DNA of 64,000 nucleotides from Phoronis australis (GCA_002633005.1 NMRA01000014.1:1021529-1085528); one strand, 5' to 3'; counted from the first letter of the stretch, positions 47,701 to 61,937 are shown. Numbers and translations are program-made. The notes: generated by a model from the sequence alone, not told the origin.

Positions 47701-50484
47701 ATTATTAAAAGATGACTTAACGATTCTTTTAAATAATGCAGCATCAATACCTCTATCCAGTAGTTAGTTCTACACACTTCACTATTAGCAACAACGGAAC
47801 TGAAACATTGGTTTATTGCCACAGTAATAATCTGAATAAACAACGAGACCAATTAGCAAACACTGAAGCTTAACTGACTCAGAGGCACAGACAGATCAGA
47901 AAAATTTTGCTCAATAGGTGTATCTCATTTCAGCTTAAACAAGACTAAGTTACAATTGTATATGAGTCAACTGAGATATGACCTCAGCTAGGTTGAAGCT
48001 CAGTCCGCCATCAATCACAAAAACCTAACAAAATTTTAACTGGGTGGCTTAGAATCTATACATATAACATATTCTTGCAAAAAAGAACAGAAACTGACAG
48101 AGTTAATACAAATAAAAAGTGGTATATTTAACCGAGTGGTTGGCAACAACGTCCAGCTGGCAGTCAGTCCCATCCCCTGAATTGCCTCGTTCACATTACA
48201 CCATCCTCCCTGCAATGCCTCGTTCACACTACACCATCCTCCCGCTTCTCAGGCAGCAACCAGTTTATGGTGTTTTCATAGATGGCGAACGTTATACAAC
48301 ACTGAGGCACTACACGAGTCAAACTGGGAACCAAACCTTTGTAAAAACCCCTCCACGTTTCGTTCCTAGAAAAGACGAATATAGTTAATTATAATTTAAA
48401 CCACTCCAGATAAAAAAGACAATTTACGCCATTCTCACTGTTTGAGTGAATCACAAAATGGAAAAAATCTTTTTTGCCAGTGACACACAGATGTAACATG
48501 CCAGCATAAAATCACCAGAAATGAAGACTTGAGCTGTCATGGGAGTGGAGGTAAGCGAATGCAAAGGTTTGTCTCTCCACACGCACAGTGATACAGGTCA
48601 CCTGTTGCCAACACTGGCCACAGCCAGTGAAAGGTATGACCTTGAACCTTACTAAACATAACACCAATACAAATCTTACTTTAGCTGGACACTTAACATG
48701 AAGCCAATAACCTAACTGCGCAAAAGAAGGTTGTCTCTTACAATAACTGAACGTTTTATTGCCTACTGAGTATGCTAATTCTTCAGTTATTTCCCATAAA
48801 TAAAGTACAAGACAAACATTATCAGACAAAACACCATTTTCCCTTCATGGCGGCTAATTCTGTTAAGAGTAAAAATGACAGGCAATAACCAACAGGACAG
48901 GAAAATTATATTTTACTGAATGACTCGGCCGCCTCAACCAATTCTCCTGTTACTTCCTTTTCATTCTCAGTCATGAGAGACGACTACTCAGACGATGAAC
49001 TTGGCTTCCGCCAACCCACCATGATGGGGAATTCGGCACCAATTTGTCTGAATACTTTTGCCTTGTACAGTACCTTTTCTGCTGACAGAATAATGACCAT
49101 TTAACAAAAATAATACAAGCTCACTTTAAAGAGAAACAGTTACATTTTTGTTAATAAACTTTGACAAAAATGAAATTTCAGTTTTCTTAATACCAGGAAA
49201 TAGAATAATCAGTGTGACAGATGTAAGTATCAGAGTAGCCTGTAGTATAACACCAGTGAGATGGTATGTCTCTTGTCCCAGTTAGACTAACCTACCTTTA
49301 GAACTTTATACTCAAACAGAAAACAACAGTCAACTGACTACATGACACATCTTAACCAACAGCAATTCTTTTGCTATTTTGCACAAACATATAAATTCCA
49401 CAACTGTCATTTTTTAAAAGGCTGGCTAAGTACTGGAGCAAATAATCCCCCTTTGCTGAATGTTCTATTATGACAACAGAATAGTTCAAACTACACACAG
49501 ATTTTTCATGTCCATCACTGTTGAAAAACAATTTTAAAAAATTCAACATTTGCACAATATTGTTTGCCATGTAGATGAAAATTATTAAAACTCGATAGCA
49601 TTCTACAAGCATATGCATGAAATGGAGAGTCAATCAGTTCATTCCCTAGACACTGAATATCTCATTCATGCATCATTAGCCCAATATCAATATATGTCAT
49701 ACAACAATAATAATAAGGTAAATGTAACTTGATATAGACTTAGCAACCCAAATCTTCTTTCAGAGCAGTGCCAAGGTTTCCTGGGGCTGAAATTTAGGCA
49801 GGTAGGTCGTAAAAGTAAATACTTTATTTTTTCCAATGTTGATTGTTGGCATGTCGTATTTACAATTCTTTTAAGTCAAATGTCAAATCACTGGTCCTTC
49901 ACGCATTGGGTAACAAACTTAATATGCCTCAGAAGTTTACCTTAATGAATACCCTGGAACTGCTTCCTAGGACATAAACACAATCAAACAACTGGATTCA
50001 CACTACAAATTCAATACAGTACAATAAACAAAAAAATTTCGAACTTTGTGCGTATTAAATGGGTGGAGATATGCAAGCTGTATTCTAGCATCTATGACTC
50101 TGTAGAACACAGACAAAGTCCCGTATGAGCTAAGATGGTTGTAGATGGTTGTAGATGGTAAGTTGACCAGCTTCACGAGTCACATCAATGAACAGTGCAC
50201 AAATCTAAGTGACAACCATTTTCGTCAAGACTGAACTTTAGGCCTTTGATTAAACTGGACTCTGGTGCCTAAAACTGTCATAATTGCTTTTGTTCAAACT
50301 CATTGTTCCTTCTGCCTCTTAAAAAACATGTCTGTGTTTATATTGTATTAAAAGAAAATGATTTTCAATCCAGAAACCAGGCTGTGGTCTATACACTGTG
50401 ATACTGACAACAACGACGAGATCCACTCGCATAATTATTAAATGCCAGAAAGATCCGTCAAGGGACACTGGAGATAAGGGATGC

Positions 50485-51480
50485 TGGAGACAAGGCAAGA
50501 GAAATTAATAAATAATGGACAAGTCATGAACAAAATCTCAAATAACTAGAGAGGCAAGCTGTGGCGAAAAACAAATGCATACCCCAGATAACTCAAAATA
50601 AGATCTATATAAGTGGATAGATCTCGTTACGGCAAATTACCAAATTTTAGAAGAATATCTCAACTTACTGGTCTACAAAGTGAAAATTTGAAAAAGCCTG
50701 GCACAGTGCTACCTTTAGTGTGATTTCACCCAAGAACATTTTTCAAGATTGCTGTTGTGAATAAACTTCCTGTTGATCAGACGAAACATATGACCAGTAG
50801 TGGAGCCATCAACAGACCAGAGAGGAATCAGTCAACAAAAGAACTGTCATCAGATCAGTGAATTTCAAAGAACTCCAGAACAATAAGTCAGAGTGACAAA
50901 CGGATGGCACACGTTCTGTAACGCTCGATGAGATCTATCCACAGACCTGTCAAGGGATGTTCGGAGATACGGCATGAGAGATGAGTCATTAAAAACTCTC
51001 TCGTATTACTCAAAAACAGTCCTAGCGAAGAACAAATTCACATACATAACTCCAGATAGCTCTTGACGAGATCTATCTTCAAACCAAATCTCATACTAAT
51101 TCATCAAAGGACCGCAAAAGAAAAATTAAAAAAATGACCATCACAGCACCCTAATTGAATTTCAGCCAAAAACAACAGGCCTCAGGCCCTTAACAAGAAC
51201 TATGTAGTATAGGAAAAAATGCGACCTGTAGCGGTAGGTCGCAAAGAGGAACAGATACACTACACTTCCCTTACCCCTACATAGAACAAGAATTCTGCAA
51301 AGGACCGCACAGATAGAGCTCCGCAAAGTGAAAATTTGAAAAATGGCTGCCACAGCTTTGGTCCGATTACCCCCAACAAGCTTTGGGCTTTTTATGAGCG
51401 GCCTGTAGCATGAGTACAAACAAACAAAACTTCACCACACAGCGACAGACTCTGTGAAATTTCATTTCACCAAGTAACAA
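50485..51480 (-). mobile_element. Probable Helentron/HINE-like element
   Basis: Begins ACTAG, has internal repeats with GAGATCTAT and AAAGTGAAAATTTGAAAA, and CAAA repeats plus a small IR at the far end. Boundaries approximate. Confidence 0.4.
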
Positions 51481-51880
51481 TGTCAAAGGCATGTGATAAA
51501 TAGCAACTGACATCCACCAAAAGAATACTGAATATATCATTTAATCATGCAACCTCTCCATACAAGTATTGCTTATACTTTAAAAACAAAACAAAATACA
51601 CAAAATAAAACAATATAAAAATGTTAAGTTAAGAATTCAATCTATTTACAGAATCTATAAAATTGGTCTAAATGAAAACAATGCATTTAGGACACAAACA
51701 GCAGGATGTCCCTCTACATACCTCACTCAAGCACTTCTAATACGTTTAATGCTTTTCAAAAACGAGTCATCAGTAGCTTTTACAAACAGAATGTTTTAAG
51801 CAAAAAATGTTTTCTTTTCATGCTCACCATTAAGTATTTTTTAACACCAAAATTCCAGAATCAAGTGCAACCCCTTTCCC

Positions 51881-53228
51881 AACTAGAGGAATGCTGAGCG
51901 GTCATATGCGCCCACCATGAGCATCGCATATAGCGCACGTATAAGGTAAGATTATTCTAACTTCAAATATTTCTATTAAATGGAGCAATGCCAGTAAACT
52001 TAAAATAGCCGTTAGGTGGGGGGGGGGGGGNNNNGGGGGGGGGGGCATAGCAAGTCAGCATTGCTCTCCTCCCTAGGAACACACCTGCCAAGCCCGTAAA
52101 AAAATAAAACTGACACTGGGGGCACAGGGGTAGTTAGACTTGTCCAAACGTCGTCATCTGTGTCACATTCATAGAAATACACTTGCCAAATTTCACATGG
52201 ATCCAGCAGGGATAAACGACTACGGATGCAAAAAAAGCAAACTGCCACTAGTGGGAGGCACAGTAGCCAAGCTGTCCAAAAATTGACAAACGTGCTATTC
52301 TCGTGCTCTTCTTCATAATGATCCGTAGAGTGGTTTGGCTGATAGAGGGATAGATGCCAAAAACAGACCAAAGCATAATAAAAAACGGCCACCAGGATGT
52401 GTACACTACGTCAACTCCACCTGAAAACGAAAAGGTGTCATTGCCTCATTAACAGAAACATTTGCAAAATTTCATAAAAATCCCAAAAGGAACAGTTACT
52501 CTAAAGATATAGAGGAAAATGAAGGAAAATAAAGTTGCCACTAGGGGGCACAGCGGGAGTTGTATTCGTCCGAATGTCGTCGTCACCTGTTGTTACCCCC
52601 ATACAAATACACTTGATGAATTTAACACAGCAGACAGTTTAGGAGAAACAGTCAAGGACACAACAAAAACAAAACTGCCACTAGGAGGTGCCACAGTAGT
52701 TGCCACCATCCAAAAAGCATTGTCTCATGTCCTCTTCACAGAAAGAACATATGAGTCAATTTTCATAATCATCCTCAGAGTGGTTTGGTAGATTGAGAGG
52801 CAGATGCCAAAACAAACTCAAAAAATAATAAAAACGACAACTAGGTGTGCACTACCTCAAATTCATCTAAAAATGGAAAGATATCATCGCCTCTTTAATA
52901 TCTACCATATTTTACAATAATCCATTCAGGAACTTCAAAGACATGAAGGTGGCGTCATCTTCATAATAGATACCTATTTGCCACATTTCATGAAAATATA
53001 GGAAAACCAAAGATACAGAGGCAAATGGAAAAACTAAAATAGCCACTAAGGAGCACAACAATTGTCGGATCCATCCGAAAATTCACTCGTGCCATTCCGT
53101 CCATGAAAGGAGCACATCCACAAAATTTCATGAACATACATCAACAGCTGATGCCGAACGGACAGACGGATGGATATACAGAGATGACGGCATAATGCGC
53201 CACGTACAAATATGTGAGCGCATAAAAA
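51881..53228 (-). mobile_element. Helentron/HINE (pearl-like) element with internal tandem units
   Basis: AACTAG terminus. Subterminal IR ATATGCGCCCAC (51904) / GTGAGCGCATA (53214), inner IR, (GACG/GACA) microsatellite at ~53158-53185, repeated GCCACTAG units. Confidence 0.65.
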
Positions 53229-53805
53229 GTGATTGTGTTAAACAGCTACTGAAAAATTCACATTGTGGATTATTCCAGCTTGCCAATGTCTATAAGTACC
53301 ATCAAAAGAATGCAATGTCAGAGACTGCTATCATCCAACATTCACATAGCATGAACACAGTTTGGTAGCAGCCCTTCATTGGCACAAACTTCGTTGCAGG
53401 CACGGCTGTACTTTCTCTATAATTTCCTATTGTCGGGTGTGCAGTTGTGAAGCAAATGACCAAGAGACATGACAGACAAACAGGTTATGGGCTTCCTACA
53501 ATGTGTGACATTCTCACTCTCTGCTTGTAAGCCCTTTTACCTGCCACTGTTTATTTTGCTTATAACATGTTATTTTACCCATTGCCTTAAGATGAGACAT
53601 AGTCTCAAAATATAGCAGCTATATTAACTTGAATGTTTGTTATGTCTCTTGGTGATTTGGTTTGGTCTGATGATAGGTGATAGTATAGAGATTACGAGAG
53701 AGTATAATTTTTAAGCTCTCTCACTAAAACTACAGTGTTATGATACCTTCCACAAAGTTAACAACATGAACACAACAGGGGAAATATCATGTCAGTACAG
53801 TTATG

Positions 53806-53992
53806 TCATAAATCAGTTTGGTCCAATGAGGTACCAGCTAGTTCTATAGATGCCTCTATGTTATCACTGTCCGAGCCCGTATCACACACATTTACTACTT
53901 CTTCATAAATAATGAACACAATAGCAATATTAGGCACCACATGTAGCAAGTAGAGTGTAAAACCTTTGTACAGTCCCCTCAAGCCTTCGAAC
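53806..53992 (-). CDS. SLC25A32: Mitochondrial folate/FAD carrier SLC25A32, coding exon 7 (last)
   Basis: ttttgcag|G FEGLRGLYKGFTLYLLHVVPNIAIVFIIYEEV...TDL*. Confidence 0.9.
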
Positions 53993-55947
53993 CTGCAAAA
54001 TACACGCACCCTGCAGCTGTAGTACCCATTTAGTCTAAGTGACTATCAAGCAGTTAGGAATCATGACTGTATATTGTGAGTCAATACTTGGTCTTTAGGA
54101 TACACGTTTATTGTTGACAACAATAAAAGTTGATCGACCTGTCTTTTAACGAATAACACAACAATTTTTCATACGTCATGCATCATACATCAAAACAAAT
54201 CATGATTTTCGATCTGGATACAAAAAATCCCCAAAGCAGCGTGTCCTACCATACTTTGTCCAAAATAGAGAACACATTTAATTTGGGGGCCCTAGAAAAA
54301 TCAGATGAACAAGTATCAGTAGAGAAAGTAAGGATATCTGTCTTTAGGAATTTTTTGTACGCACATCAAAGATATTTTAGTTCAATTCATAATATGTAAA
54401 ATATGGTTTAATTTGAATTTTAACTGGATCAGGTCCAGCATCTTTTACAACAAAGTCACACTTCAGCCTCGCTGAGAGTCCCAACATGTTAAGCAAGCTC
54501 AATTCCAGCCAATCAGAACACAGGAGAGTGACTGTAAACGTCATCGTTATCCAACTCGTCCCACAAACATTCGTTGTTAACCGAAGAATAAAAATTTTTC
54601 CGATGAAGTTGAGACATTTACAGTGCAGAGTAATGATTTACAGAGAGCGAACAAGTAAAAAAGCTTGTGGCATACGGTACACCACGTGATCACTTATGCC
54701 CAGGAATATGCGTCAGAATAAATAGCTCAAGCGAATAAATATACCCTACTTACGCACAACAAACATTTTTTTCTTAACTAGTGCCTGATGCAAATTAGGA
54801 ACTATTCATTTACCAACCACATATAGAGCTCAAAAAATATAAATTTGTCTCCGAAACGAGGCTTGAACAATATGGAGGATTGTTCACATGAATTGCTATC
54901 ACAAAGTGAACTCCATGCACCAAATTCGCCGGACGAAAACAAATTTCCCATGTATAATTAAACACATAGTTAAATATAGACAGTCCTTTTGGAAATTTTT
55001 CTTGTTTTAAATTACAAGAAGTGTACTAACAGTCAACTTAGAAAGACTGTCACTAAATTTACTGTAAAATAATGACGATTGCCAATGATCAAAATTCATC
55101 ACTACCACTACTGTCATCTTTCCTCAATTCTCATTTTCCATTGCAGAATACTAAATCTAATGGGTGAAAGCAGATTTCTAACTAGTCATCCAACCAGTTA
55201 CACAGCCGGTTAGATTCTGGAACTGTAAACTAGTAGTCGCTTCAGAAAGTGATGTGATACTCGTTCAGTCCACTAAAATTCTGATTTGTGGTCAACTCAA
55301 CACAAAACTTATACCATGACTGTAGAATCCACAGTCTAAAAGTTTTTTCAAATCTTGCATTTGACCGACACAAACCCTGTCCTACATTATGGATGATTAA
55401 AAGAAACACAGTCCAATAATGGTTATTTACTTGTGCAACTCTTCCACTTTTTAGACAATTCAATAATTCAGTTAACCAACTTAAGAATGGAATGATAGTC
55501 ACACACTGTTACTGAGGAATTTTGAAAAAGCGCATATCCCTACAAGGTACCCATGGGTACTTTTTCTGAAGTAATCCATGGAGGAAAGTTCAAGTTCTAT
55601 GGAGCGTGCCACCGTGACTCAAGTGATCAAGGGGTCAGTCATCCATAGTCGCTCATGCGTTTCAAGAACTGGTTTAGGCATGAATTGATCAAAGTCTTTC
55701 TTATCTGATATCTTATGTAGGACCATCAGTGCATCTGTTTATTCAAATATTCATTGAAGTGTTACCAGATAGGTTCACAATCTCAACTGAAGTGATTAGG
55801 CTAGCCATACGAGATCCATGTTATGGTGTTCAAGCCTCGTTTTGGAATGTCAACCATGAATAAATTTTTATAACGGTCTATTTGTGGCCACTACAAGCAT
55901 TAGTTTACTGCTGTAAGCACAGTACGACTGAGTTATGAATGACTCAC

Positions 55948-56093
55948 CTCCAAATTTGTTTAATAACATCAATTAATCCGCCATACGTTCGGTGTTGGTC
56001 TTGTAGCCGGGAGCGCACCACCTGGTAGGGATACGTAGCTGAGGCAGCAAATATCTTAGAGATTGCCGCAAAAGTGAGGTACTCAAAAGTGTT
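55948..56093 (-). CDS. SLC25A32: SLC25A32 coding exon 6
   Basis: tttcag|[34 protein letters not shown]...W-AG|gtgagt. Confidence 0.93.
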
Positions 56094-56376
56094 CTGAAAT
56101 AGGACGTGATCACAAGGGCTTGTTACCTTCATACAAGGCGACAGTTACAGAACATAAACTAAAAAAATAATTTCAGGCGGTCTCATTCACATTGTACCAG
56201 ACGCGCACAGGCCGCTCAGGTGGGCTCATTGCACTTATCACTTTTAAGATTAATATATAATTAAAAGTGAGCTGAGAAGTTTCACAAAAATACGACTGTG
56301 ATATAGCATGATGAAACAATAATTGACAGAATACCATATCTACGTGTTACCTCCCATGAGCTTGTTTGTTACTTAC

Positions 56377-56490
56377 AAATTTGTGATCTAATGGTCGTCC
56401 CTTGTAGTTGTTATACATTCTCTTGAGTTCCTCATAAGCCATGAATTGTAAAGCACCATGCGAGACACCGACTATACCAGGCAGAAAGCC
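56377..56490 (-). CDS. SLC25A32: SLC25A32 coding exon 5
   Basis: cattgcag|[23 protein letters not shown]...HKF|gtaagt; 114 nt. Confidence 0.93.
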
Positions 56491-56761
56491 CTGCAATGTA
56501 CAATAAACAGAGGTCAAGGTCTTAAACACCGACTATAGCAAGTAAGAAGCTATGCAATGATTAACAGTCACAGGTAAAAGCGTGAATAGGGATATCAACG
56601 TGAGTGCATTTGATGACATTTGTAACTTGATACCTTCACCTGTATCGTAAAAGTTTATGGAGGAAATATGAGTAAAAGTATCGCTTTGCAGAGAAAACAC
56701 AACAGCTTTACTCGGTGAAGGTAAAATTGGAAAGCTATGAATTTCAAACTATTATGCATAC

Positions 56762-56922
56762 CCGATAAAACCCAGGAATGCCTTCAGCCTTGTATATTTT
56801 ACCAAGGCAGTCAATCAAACCTTTATAAGAGGCTTGACTAACAGCAGCTGATTTGTCATATTGAAGACACATTCTTGTTTTGGCGACCCAGAAAGGATTT
56901 GTTAATGCCAGAGTGATAACAC
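56762..56922 (-). CDS. SLC25A32: SLC25A32 coding exon 4
   Basis: tttacag|GT VITLALTNPFWVAKTRMCLQY...AEGIPGFYR|gtatgc; the PxWxxKTR variant is typical of the folate carrier. Confidence 0.93.
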
Positions 56923-57458
56923 CTGTAAAGAAAATTTGATACATTACTAGAAATACACATGTTTGAAGGCACCAGTGTTGTTTGATGACTGAAAACAGAA
57001 GTAGACCTGCAAGTATGGCATCACATTGACGATTTATGGTTTGTTACAAATTTTACAGTTACTCGACACAATCTAAAAGTTCTTGTTTCTTGAGTGAAGA
57101 AAACAGGTGGTCATTGAGTATCGTCTATATTGCTCGTGGATTTTTTTACCAAAAAGTGACTCGTACAATATCTGATCAGGTCAATTTTGAGTGTTAACTA
57201 ATATGCCGAGCATTTTTGCCTATCAGAGACTATTCTGCAATTTTTGAAAGAAAAAAACGAAGCAAGAAATGATACCAAGAGTTTAGTGCCAAATGAGTAA
57301 GGGGTGTCAGCACGTACTTTTCAAGGACTGATGGCAGCCATGATAAAAACTCGACAGATTGAACATAGATTTAGTACACAATTTTATTTTCACGGCTTTT
57401 CACATGTCACCATTAAGAGGACTTTTGCCAGCTAATAGAGTATGCTGTAGAACTATAC

Positions 57459-57547
57459 CTGATATGGCAGCTGCTGACATGTGTTTCGCTGGTCCTAGCG
57501 GTGTCTTAGTGTCCCCAGCCTGCATCCATGACTTCAGGGCATTGTAA
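57459..57547 (-). CDS. SLC25A32: SLC25A32 coding exon 3
   Basis: catcatag|T YNALKSWMQAGDTKTPLGPAKHMSAAAIS G|gtatag. Confidence 0.9.
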
Positions 57548-57992
57548 CTATGATGAGAATAAAATACACTTTAATATCCACATGTCAAGGCATCAAGTCC
57601 ACATTTGAAACTTTTTGTATTAGAAACAACCCCATCTTATTATCTACATCCATACAGTTCCAGGCTTGCAGAAATTATGGTTAACGCTATTTCTAACTTT
57701 AAATACATTGCTCAAATACGCAATCAATTTCCCAGGCCTGCACTGCCGTCCTGATTATCTCATTTCATTGCAAGACCAACACAACATTATTGAGCACACA
57801 AACATCCCTCAATAAGTGTTCTACAACTAAAAAAATCTTGTGAATTGGTGTAACAGTTTAGGCACAACTCCACACAGCCAGTGAGACACTGAAAACTAGA
57901 GATACGACACCATGAATTCAGCTAATCTTTAACTGCATCAACCATGAACTGTTAACACTTCAAACACCATAAATTACTGGAAACATTTGTTG

Positions 57993-58155
57993 CAAATAAG
58001 AACAACAGAAATAACAGAGTAGTTACTCACATACAAATAACAACAACAGAAATAACAGAGTAGTCACTCACATACAAATAACAACAACAGAAATAACAGA
58101 GTAGTTACTCACATACAAATAAGAACAACAGAAATAACAGAATAGTTACTCACAT
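57993..58155. repeat. 41-bp minisatellite (4 copies) built from the SLC25A32 exon-2 donor junction
   Basis: Unit CAAATAA(G/C)AACAACAGAAATAACAGAGTAGTTACTCACATA starts at 57993, 58034, 58075 and 58116. The last copy contains the true donor. Confidence 0.93.
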
Positions 58156-58313
58156 GCAGAAGTAGGATCCCCAAGCAGCACCTGCGCCCAGCACATTGGG
58201 TGTGACCCCTTGGTAAAGGCCCAAGAAACCGTCAGTACGACATATTGCACGAAACGCATGGAACATGCCTTGATACTGCGGCCTAATCGTTGGACCATGG
58301 ACACCTTCATCAA
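58154..58313 (-). CDS. SLC25A32: SLC25A32 coding exon 2
   Basis: tttctag|TT DEGVHGPTIRPQYQGMFHAF...GLYQGVTPNVLGAGAAWGSYFC-AT|gtgagt. Confidence 0.93.
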
Positions 58314-61088
58314 CTAGAAACAGAAACAGATGCATGTACATTCTTACACTGTATTGCAACACAACACAAATCGTATGATTTTTAGAGGCGAGTTAATTAT
58401 TTTGCACCTATTGGCAAACAGAAACACTACAGTCACTACAGCACACATGCACCAGGATCAGTGGTTCTACGATGCAGATAATTACCACAATTTTAATTCT
58501 CTGAATCAACAAACCAATTAAGTCGTGAATAAGTCTTCCCAATATCAATCTAGCTAAAACCCAGCAAAATTGTTTCCCAAAACAAAAAAATTCCTAGTAG
58601 AAATTTGCTTGAAAAATGCGCAGGGTTACTTCCACCAATTTTCACACAGAGAAAACACTACTATGACATACAACAAGCTGGTGACTGTTCTCCCTCACCT
58701 AATGATCGTGGCTTCAAAAAGTGCTCCTAGGAGTTTGTACATCATTTAGGACAGCACTCCTCAGCTTGTTACTAATATGACTTTTTGGCTCCATCTCGTA
58801 TACGACTTCATTTCCATGAATGCTTGCCATCTTATTGAAGTATAGCATGTTATTTGTTTTAATATAAACCTGATTATAGACATCTTTGGAAAACAAAAGA
58901 CAAACCATCACTCATAGACAGGGAAAAATCAAATTAATATAAAAAATCAGCCAAAGTTATCAGAGATGCTACAATAAAAATTAAAAATATGATAATAAAG
59001 ATTCTTTAAAAAACTCAATGACACAACATGGGTCTAATTCATTAAACCGTTAGATATGAAACATAATATAGCCTATTCAATTTCTATACTGTCTAATTTG
59101 GCAGGCCCCACTTGTATTTGTTTCACTGAACAGATGTTATCCTAATGCAGTGTAGATCTATATTAGTACCACCTAACAGCTGCAGTAGTGCTGAGCAGAA
59201 TCAAATGAAACGATATTTCAGTAACAGCAATGTGCATTCTTTACGTTGGTTCAACATCACAACGACTCTGTCCTGAAATCCTAACACTGACAAGATACCC
59301 CCTAGTCAAAACAAGTTCATCCCTTTCTACCAGATATGTATAAAACTCACAATGACTTGGCAAAGCCAAAATACCCACTCAAAACAATTACCGGTATTCC
59401 TAATTATGTGAAACCATTCTATGCAAACTGATGGTAATATTCAGAATATAATCCCTTATTACCAGTGATTCATTACACAACCACCACCAGAAAGCCCTTA
59501 AACAATGGGCTGTGCTCAGCTTATCTTGACACGATATTTGGTTTCTGTTAAAATCAATGTCAGCCAGTTTTATGAGGATGGGGTCAGCGGAATCCATAAA
59601 CATAATTACAGCTCTCAATTAAATGTGCTCATGACTGTGCGTCAATCTGGCAGTCTGGAAACTACTCTTTGTAAACAAGGCTTAGCATTATTTTGTCTGG
59701 ATATGTGGATTTGATACTAGAAGGATTTAGACTCCAACTGCTTCCAAAGGTGTCCATCACCTGACACATACATAACACTGAGAGTTTAGTCAGGGTTAAC
59801 CATAATGTGCACAAAATCTTCTAGCGAAGAGTACAGAATTAATTAGGAAGTGCTACCTTTACAAGGTTGGACCATGTAAGCAGTGATTGAAGGTTAAAGG
59901 ATACTATAAATTTCTTCAAACATCAATAAAACAACAGCCAGCATGACTGAGAATTACTGTATTTTGACTGAAAACCAACAAAACTTTGTACGTCACTTTT
60001 CTAGGGTCTACTTAGCAATCCAGCTAGTTGTATCAAGACTATCATCAAAATATAACTAAGTACCACTGTGTGTTGAGCTCCGTTAGACTTAGCCTTGGTG
60101 CAAAGCTGAATTAAATACACACCTTTGTACCGATGGGGTTAAAAATCTGGCCAAACAAAATCTGGCAAAAGATTAGTGCCATTAAAAACTACACTCTTCC
60201 TTGAGAAAACTTAATTATTTACTTCTGTTGGAAAGACTAGCGGTTTACTGTTATTCTGCTGCTGAAGTTATAGAGCGACCTTATGCGTCAGCTTTCGGAG
60301 CCATGAAATATAGCGTCACCTATGGGCTATTTTCTTTTTTGCTGATTTTTCAATCAATGTAGTTGCGTACATATCATAATAAATTGTCGCCATTTGGTTT
60401 CATTTAGTTACAAGTTTTTAGTATTTTAATACCAGAAAACCGAATTTTGTTGCTGCGAAGCTGTTGTCATCTCCTGAAAGATGTCGCAAAACTTTGGAAA
60501 GTGGCACGTGTGCGTGTCACGAGCCTACTGTTTTTAATACGACTACAGACTTTTCTTTTTTACAAAAGGCAGATATATGTGCAAGAAAATGACATTGATT
60601 AGCTTGTTTTTTATATAAACAGCTGTATCGGGCAAGGTGACTGTCAGATTTTGCATGCATTCCCGTCAGTCGTTAGGTCTACATATTGATATAAGTTTCA
60701 CGGCAAGGTGACAAGCAGAACTACTTGGGCTGTGAGACATTTGGGGGTCTAACAAAGCTGAACACCTGGGGGGATCAATCATATTGACCAAAAATTGTAC
60801 CAAAAATTGCGAGTAGGTAGTATTTTTTCAGCAAGTTTATCGGGACCCAAACAGGGTCCAATAAGCCCCGAAATTTCCTCTGTCCCCGTATACTGGTTAA
60901 ACTAAATATAGCTCACCGACAACAGAACGGATTGTAGATGAACCCTGCATTCAGGTAGATGAGAAAAAATCTGCCCTGCAAAAGGGGGTGGGAATTAGCA
61001 GACCTGGCACCCACAAAAAGGGATCTCTCAGCAATTTTTGCTACATGTCTGCCAGCACCTTGTCAATATGAGTGAACCCCCCTCCCCC

Positions 61089-61937
61089 NNNNNNNNNNNN
61101 NNNNNNNNNNNNNNNNNNNNNNNNNNNNNNNNNNNNNNNNNNNNNNNNNNNNNNNNNNNNNNNNNNNNNNNNNNNNNNNNNNNNNNNNNNNNNNNNNNNN
61201 NNNNNNNNNNNNNNNNNNNNNNNNNNNNNNNNNNNNNNNNNNNNNNNNNNNNNNNNNNNNNNNNNNNNNNNNNNNNNNNNNNNNNNNNNNNNNNNNNNNN
61301 NNNNNNNNNNNNNNNNNNNNNNNNNNNNNNNNNNNNNNNNNNNNNNNNNNNNNNNNNNNNNNNNNNNNNNNNNNNNNNNNNNNNNNNNNNNNNNNNNNNN
61401 NNNNNNNNNNNNNNNNNNNNNNNNNNNNNNNNNNNNNNNNNNNNNNNNNNNNNNNNNNNNNNNNNNNNNNNNNNNNNNNNNNNNNNNNNNNNNNNNNNNN
61501 NNNNNNNNNNNNNNNNNNNNNNNNNNNNNNNNNNNNNNNNNNNNNNNNNNNNNNNNNNNNNNNNNNNNNNNNNNNNNNNNNNNNNNNNNNNNNNNNNNNN
61601 NNNNNNNNNNNNNNNNNNNNNNNNNNNNNNNNNNNNNNNNNNNNNNNNNNNNNNNNNNNNNNNNNNNNNNNNNNNNNNNNNNNNNNNNNNNNNNNNNNNN
61701 NNNNNNNNNNNNNNNNNNNNNNNNNNNNNNNNNNNNNNNNNNNNNNNNNNNNNNNNNNNNNNNNNNNNNNNNNNNNNNNNNNNNNNNNNNNNNNNNNNNN
61801 NNNNNNNNNNNNNNNNNNNNNNNNNNNNNNNNNNNNNNNNNNNNNNNNNNNNNNNNNNNNNNNNNNNNNNNNNNNNNNNNNNNNNNNNNNNNNNNNNNNN
61901 NNNNNNNNNNNNNNNNNNNNNNNNNNNNNNNNNNNNN
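61089..61937. other. Assembly gap (849 N) in SLC25A32 intron 1
   Basis: Run of N flanked by C-tracts. A 4-N gap also sits in a poly-G run at 52031-52034. Confidence 0.99.

Noticed and set aside
52017-52045. Poly-G tract as a G-quadruplex element or poly-Pro ORF
   Set aside because: Contains Ns, so its length is unreliable, and it lies within a repeat element.
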